The translations under genes and the position numbers were made by a program. A DNA stretch of 64,000 nt from Candidatus Atabeyarchaeum deiterrae (GTDB taxonomy: Archaea; Asgardarchaeota; Atabeyarchaeia; Atabeyarchaeales; Atabeyarchaeaceae): NCBI GenBank assembly GCA_037310415.1, contig CP147780.1, positions 896,001-960,000 on the forward strand, written 5' to 3'. Of this stretch, positions 59,313 through 64,000 are shown piece after piece. How positions within the stretch are numbered: the first letter of the stretch is position 1; every line of letters begins with the position of its first letter. A model generated the notes under the pieces. That model ran no database searches, was not told the origin of the DNA, and worked only from the letters and a program-made list of their open reading frames with translations.

Positions 59313-61238
59313 TTGTCTAAGGTGGAAGAGGAAGAATACTTCCTGAGGCGTGAGGTCGGCTGGTTCGGTTCCTTCTCTATGGGTTATGCCGACGTTGGAG
59401 CCGATATTTTTGTAGCCCTCGGACTAGTTGCACTATACGCTGCTGGGGCTGCGCCGGTAGCTTTCGCCATAGCTTCAATAACATACATCTGTACAGCTAT
59501 GGCTTACTCTGAGCTTGCCTCAACATACCCGTACTCAGGTGGTGCTCATGTCTATGCAATGAAAGCTTCGACTGACATGGTGGGGTTCATAGCCGGATGG
59601 GCAGTAATGTTAGATTACACGATCGACATATCTCTTTTCTCTTTGGCAACATCAGGATACATTTCCTTTTTCATTCCGGGGTTGAAGTCGCTATACATAC
59701 CGCTTTCTTTGTTCGGATTTCAGCTCAGTATCCCATACATTGGGCTAGTTGCCTTCTCTTTGGTGATTTTCCTACTCATAATCAACATTATCGGTATTAG
59801 TGAATCATCAAAACTGAACGTCGCACTGGTGACGCTAACACTGGTCGCCGAGTCGATCGTATTGATACTGGGCTTTTTGCTGTCATTCAAGCCAGCTACC
59901 TTCTTGAGTCAGGTTGTATCGCCTGGTGCAGATACGCAATATAGCAACATCTCATATTTCTTTGGGCAAGATGTTAAGACGCAGAACTTCATCTACGGCG
60001 TTACCCTAGCCATGTGCAGTTTCATAGGTATAGAATCGATAGCACAGGCAGCAGAAGAAACAAAGAAGCCTCATAGATGGTTGCCGCGTGCAATTAAGCT
60101 TTCAATAGTATCTGTGATAATATTCGCTTTGGGTCTCTCCATTTTGGCCATAGGTGTTGCGCCATGGCAGGTGATAGCTGAAAACAAGTTGAACCCGATG
60201 GCAGCAGTCACAAGTACTATTCCAGTCATAGGTGCTGTTCTCTCAGTCGTCGTAGCATTCACAGGGATAGCGATTTGCTATGTTTCAACAAATACAGGTA
60301 TAATAGGTGTATCGAGAGTCGTATTCTCAATGGGTCGGTACAAGCTACTGCCCAGATGGTTCTACAAAGTCCACCCGAAGACCAAGACACCATACAGAAC
60401 CATCATAATCTTTGGAATGATCGGGGGTCTACTTGCTCTAGTTGGAGAATTGCAGTTAGTAGCGGACCTCTACAACTTCGGTGCACTACTTTCATACATA
60501 ATCGTGAACATCTGTGTAATAGTTCTGAGAAATAAGGACAAGGAGGCCTACCGGCCATGGAAAGTTCCACTTGAAATAAGGATCAGGTTCAGAAGCAGAA
60601 AACTTCTCTTGCCAATAATCTCAGTAATCGGAGTTGTAAGTTGCTCGGTCATATGGCTCTTGGTGGTGCTGTATCATCCGGAAGGAAGAATATTCGGTAC
60701 ACTATGGATTCTGATAGGCATAATTGGGTTCATCGTATATCGCAAGCATATTGGTCTGTCTCCCTTCTCTAAAGCGATGGGTAGAGAGGTTCGTCCAGCT
60801 GGATACCTCATGAACGCGCTAGTATTAGTTAGGGTGCCCGAAGACGAAAGAAAGATTTTCTCAACAATCAAGAAAAACGTGGATCGACGTTTTTCGATTA
60901 CGCTCTGCAATATAGTGGATCCGGATGAATATGGTCTGACGCTCGAAAATTTGAAATCGTACTCAGTTCTTAAGACAATAGAAGAGGAAAGTAGGATTGC
61001 AGTAGAGAAAATGGCCCGCAAACTCAGAAAGGAAGGCTATAAGAGCAGAAGCAAAGTCCTATTGGGTTATACAGGTGAAGTATTGGACAAGGAAGCTGCA
61101 TCTGAAGACAATGATCTGGTAGTCCTGATTAAAAGGAGAACTGGAAGGACAGGAATGGAGAAACATATGGCTCAGGCATATGAAGTCGCTTCGAAGTATT
61201 CAGGGAAGGTAATGGTCATAAGACGAGAGACAGACTGA
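59313..61238 (+). CDS. APC-family amino acid permease with C-terminal USP-like domain
   Basis: GADIF, YSELAS.YP.SGG, FIGIE, SRV.FSMGR. Confidence 0.88.
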   Translation: MSKVEEEEYFLRREVGWFGSFSMGYADVGADIFVALGLVALYAAGAAPVAFAIASITYICTAMAYSELASTYPYSGGAHVYAMKASTDMVGFIAGWAVMLDYTIDISLFSLATSGYISFFIPGLKSLYIPLSLFGFQLSIPYIGLVAFSLVIFLLIINIIGISESSKLNVALVTLTLVAESIVLILGFLLSFKPATFLSQVVSPGADTQYSNISYFFGQDVKTQNFIYGVTLAMCSFIGIESIAQAAEETKKPHRWLPRAIKLSIVSVIIFALGLSILAIGVAPWQVIAENKLNPMAAVTSTIPVIGAVLSVVVAFTGIAICYVSTNTGIIGVSRVVFSMGRYKLLPRWFYKVHPKTKTPYRTIIIFGMIGGLLALVGELQLVADLYNFGALLSYIIVNICVIVLRNKDKEAYRPWKVPLEIRIRFRSRKLLLPIISVIGVVSCSVIWLLVVLYHPEGRIFGTLWILIGIIGFIVYRKHIGLSPFSKAMGREVRPAGYLMNALVLVRVPEDERKIFSTIKKNVDRRFSITLCNIVDPDEYGLTLENLKSYSVLKTIEEESRIAVEKMARKLRKEGYKSRSKVLLGYTGEVLDKEAASEDNDLVVLIKRRTGRTGMEKHMAQAYEVASKYSGKVMVIRRETD

Positions 61239-61348
61239 AACGCATTCCCTTTAGTGCGCTCATAATGCTTGTATAAATGAGCACCGCAACATATTTCGGT
61301 AGAGTAAATACAAACATGAAAAAGAGTAGCCAGTAAAAACCCAAAGGG

Positions 61349-61630
61349 TTGTTGGTAAGTTTGCCGAAAGGAATCCTGTCCATAATAAACATCTTCGTTG
61401 AATCGAAGATGCTTGATAATGTGGTCAAGAGTGTTACTGAACTCCCCGAGGTAACAGATGTTTTCGAAGTTACTGGGGAGTATGACGTAGTTGCCCTGGT
61501 CAATACTAAAGATATACTCGAGTTCAGATCACTTATCAAAAACAAGATCCTGAAAATACCTGGAATAAGAAGCACTGTTACGGCAGTAGTACTGTATACG
61601 CATAAGATGGGAGGCAAAACTGTCGATTAA
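61349..61630 (+). CDS. Lrp/AsnC ligand-binding (RAM) domain protein
   Basis: PEV...FEVTGEYDV, I..IPGI.ST.T. Confidence 0.85.
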   Translation: MLVSLPKGILSIINIFVESKMLDNVVKSVTELPEVTDVFEVTGEYDVVALVNTKDILEFRSLIKNKILKIPGIRSTVTAVVLYTHKMGGKTVD

Positions 61631-61651
61631 CTTGTCTTGGCTGGTGGATAG

Positions 61652-62146
61652 ATGACCGCTGAAGGTAAACAGAGGCCATTTCCAAAAGACGAGGATCAGC
61701 ATCCGAACAAGATTTTGATCCCGTTGGGTCCAGCGCTAGACAAGGCCAAGATTGTTGCTGCTTTACAAGCGCTTTCTTCGTTCAGGAACCCACTCATTGT
61801 CTTGTTTAACGTGATTGAGCTTCCGAGTAGGACTGCACCATTGGATCCGGCTTATTACGAGAGCGAATTCAAGGAAGCTGAGAAGAGGTACTTGCTGAAT
61901 GTGGCACGGTGGCTTGATGAGCAAGGTTACCATGTTAAGATGAAGGTTGCTGTTGCAAGAAATGTGGTTGACGGGGTAATTGAGGAAGCAAACAGTGGTG
62001 GATACGAAGCCGTGCTATTGCTTAAGAGACGAGTGAAGAAAGGTCTACTTAGACGCCATAGGAGTGTAAGCGAAGAGGTTTCAAGGTACGTGGAATGCTT
62101 GGTTATCACTCAACTTGTCGGGACTGAGAGTGAAAGAGCAGAATAA
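61652..62146 (+). CDS. Universal stress protein
   Basis: KILIP, L.NVIELP, SVSE.V...VEC.V. Confidence 0.75.
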   Translation: MTAEGKQRPFPKDEDQHPNKILIPLGPALDKAKIVAALQALSSFRNPLIVLFNVIELPSRTAPLDPAYYESEFKEAEKRYLLNVARWLDEQGYHVKMKVAVARNVVDGVIEEANSGGYEAVLLLKRRVKKGLLRRHRSVSEEVSRYVECLVITQLVGTESERAE

Positions 62147-62170
62147 GCCAGCGTGGAGGGTTCCTCTCTA

Positions 62171-63133
62171 TTACTGGTACTTGTTCTTCAGCCATTGAGC
62201 GTATCTCCTAATTCCCTCTCTGGTTTCAACCTTAGGTTTCCATCCAAGTTTTCTGATTTTGGTTGTATCTAATAACATCTCTGTCACGTCGCCTACCCAC
62301 CCCTGCCTTCCACCAGTGTATGTGAACTCAACGTCGCGGAGCCCGAGCTCATCGACAACTATCTTGGCTATTTCATTAACTTCCACCATCTCGTTGGATC
62401 CAACATTGTAGACTTCAAATCCTTTGTCTCCACTCTTCTCGGTGGCAAGTATCGACGACTCGATGCAATCAGTTATGTAAAGGTAGGATTTCATTTGCTT
62501 TCCGTCACCGAGTATCTCAAGCTTCTTGGGGTTCTTCCTGAGCTTCATGAAGAAGTCATAGACAACCCCATGGTTTGATCTAGGCCCAAACATGTTTGCG
62601 TAACGCAGAGAAATACAGCTCATATTGTGGCAAGATGCATAAGACATCAGGTAGTTCTCACAAGCACTCTTTGAAGCTCCATAGTTGCTTATAGGAGCCA
62701 AAGGGTGAGTCTCAGGCGTGGGCACAACCTTTGTTTGACCATAGACCGTGCTTGTCGAAGTGAAAACTATTGCCCTGACTTCTTCACTTCTCATTCCTTC
62801 AAGAACATTCAATGTTCCCCTGACATTTATGTCAAAATCTTCGAGTGGTCGCGTTAAACTCAGTCTAACGTCTGGCTGTGCAACAAGATGGATCACCAGA
62901 TCCCTGCTGGAACACTGTTTCCTTACAGTGTCGAGATCCCTCACATCTCCCCTAACGAACCTGAACCCCTTTTGATTGACATGAGGCTCAATGTACTCTG
63001 TGGTTGATGCTGATAGGTTGTCTAGGACTGTGACCTCGTTTCTACTATCAAGCAAGGCATCAACTAGATGACTTCCGATGAAACCGCATCCACCTGTGAT
63101 GAGAATACTCATTTCTTCTAGTTTCCGTGCCAT
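62171..63133 (-). CDS. NAD-dependent sugar epimerase/dehydratase (GalE-like)
   Basis: TGGCGFIGSH, YGASK. Confidence 0.92.
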   Translation of the reverse strand: MARKLEEMSILITGGCGFIGSHLVDALLDSRNEVTVLDNLSASTTEYIEPHVNQKGFRFVRGDVRDLDTVRKQCSSRDLVIHLVAQPDVRLSLTRPLEDFDINVRGTLNVLEGMRSEEVRAIVFTSTSTVYGQTKVVPTPETHPLAPISNYGASKSACENYLMSYASCHNMSCISLRYANMFGPRSNHGVVYDFFMKLRKNPKKLEILGDGKQMKSYLYITDCIESSILATEKSGDKGFEVYNVGSNEMVEVNEIAKIVVDELGLRDVEFTYTGGRQGWVGDVTEMLLDTTKIRKLGWKPKVETREGIRRYAQWLKNKYQ

Positions 63134-63307
63134 TTGTCACACCAGCAGCAAACGTTAATGTACTACTTAGGGGCAAGAAGACGTTTTCTGTCTTCTGGCC
63201 TTCAATTGCATGGTCACTTCCTCATGGAGGTTATTGTCTTTCGAAGCAATGGAGACGTTCAAATGAGAGCATTTTCCTCAAATGTCATGTATTTCTTCCA
63301 AAACGGG

Positions 63308-64000
63308 TCATGGACTCCGGATTGGCGTTCTTGATGAGGTGAAGCCCCAGAATTCTTCGTTGATGTCGCTGACTTCTTGTTTCTTGGAGGTATCTACTTT
63401 CTTTCTAGCCAAGAACAGTTTCCTCGGTGTTTCCACATCGGTCAACTTGACGACTTTTACGAGTCTATTCTTTGCCGCCCTCCTCGCTGCTATGGAGGAT
63501 ACTATGCTGACACCCAGTCCTTGGGAGACCGCGTTGATTACCGCTTCAGTGCTCCCGAGTTCGGAAACCACTTTGAACTCGCTCCAATCATGTCCTTCCT
63601 TGGTCAACATGCCTTCAATCTCCTTGCGAGTTCCCGAACCTGTCTCCCGGGAAATGAAGGGATGCTTAGTAACCTCGTTTAGACTGACTTTGCCCTTCGC
63701 TGCAAGAGAGCTATTAGGTGGAACAATGAGAACCAGTTGCTCACTTGCAAGTTCAATCAAGTCGAAGAACTCCGAGTCCTTCCCAACGGTTCCAACTGCT
63801 GCAAAGTTAGCTTGGCCGTCTCGTAGCATTCTCCATGCTTCTTCACTATCACATACCTTCACCTTGAAGCTAGCATCTGGACGGCTTGATGTAAACTCCC
63901 TTATTAACAGTGGAAGCAGGTGTTCACCTGGGACAGTGCTTGCAGCAACCTGAATTATGTTTCCAGCTGAGCCAGCAACTCTGGCTAATTCCTCCCGAAG
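63308..64000 (-). CDS. LysR-family regulator (CysL/YeiE-like), 5' end outside the window
   Basis: Frame open to the window edge; AASTVPGEHLLP, RETGSGTR, LGSTEAV. Confidence 0.85.
   Translation of the reverse strand, partial: LREELARVAGSAGNIIQVAASTVPGEHLLPLLIREFTSSRPDASFKVKVCDSEEAWRMLRDGQANFAAVGTVGKDSEFFDLIELASEQLVLIVPPNSSLAAKGKVSLNEVTKHPFISRETGSGTRKEIEGMLTKEGHDWSEFKVVSELGSTEAVINAVSQGLGVSIVSSIAARRAAKNRLVKVVKLTDVETPRKLFLARKKVDTSKKQEVSDINEEFWGFTSSRTPIRSP

Noticed and set aside
1-64000. tRNA, rRNA, CRISPR arrays, IS transposases
   Set aside because: None recognised by eye; small ncRNAs such as C/D guides cannot be excluded without a covariance search.

Overview
Archaeal chromosomal window, probably Asgard-like. 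That assignment is an inference from a Sec-containing SelD with a eukaryote-type AUGA/AA/GA SECIS, a Roadblock protein, F420 biosynthesis genes and a tetraether synthase. Content is mostly housekeeping: a complex I-like group 4 [NiFe]-hydrogenase split around selD, a fragmented A/V-ATPase cluster, methionine salvage (mtnA, mtaP), cofC/cofD, topoisomerase VI, acetate-CoA ligase and transporters. There are two small accessory or decaying regions (about 11.1-13.3 kb and 43.2-45.7 kb). Main observation: two conserved protein-coding genes that the ORF track shows as broken, an AmmeMemoRadiSam radical SAM enzyme and methylthioadenosine phosphorylase, each contain a short hairpin insert (53 nt and 38 nt) bounded by a bulge-helix-bulge type motif. 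Excision at the standard tRNA-splicing-endonuclease cut positions restores the reading frame and the catalytic motifs (CNLTCPWC; VVGMTAYPE). They look like archaeal mRNA introns outside the known cbf5 case. All structures were folded by eye and no database search was run.
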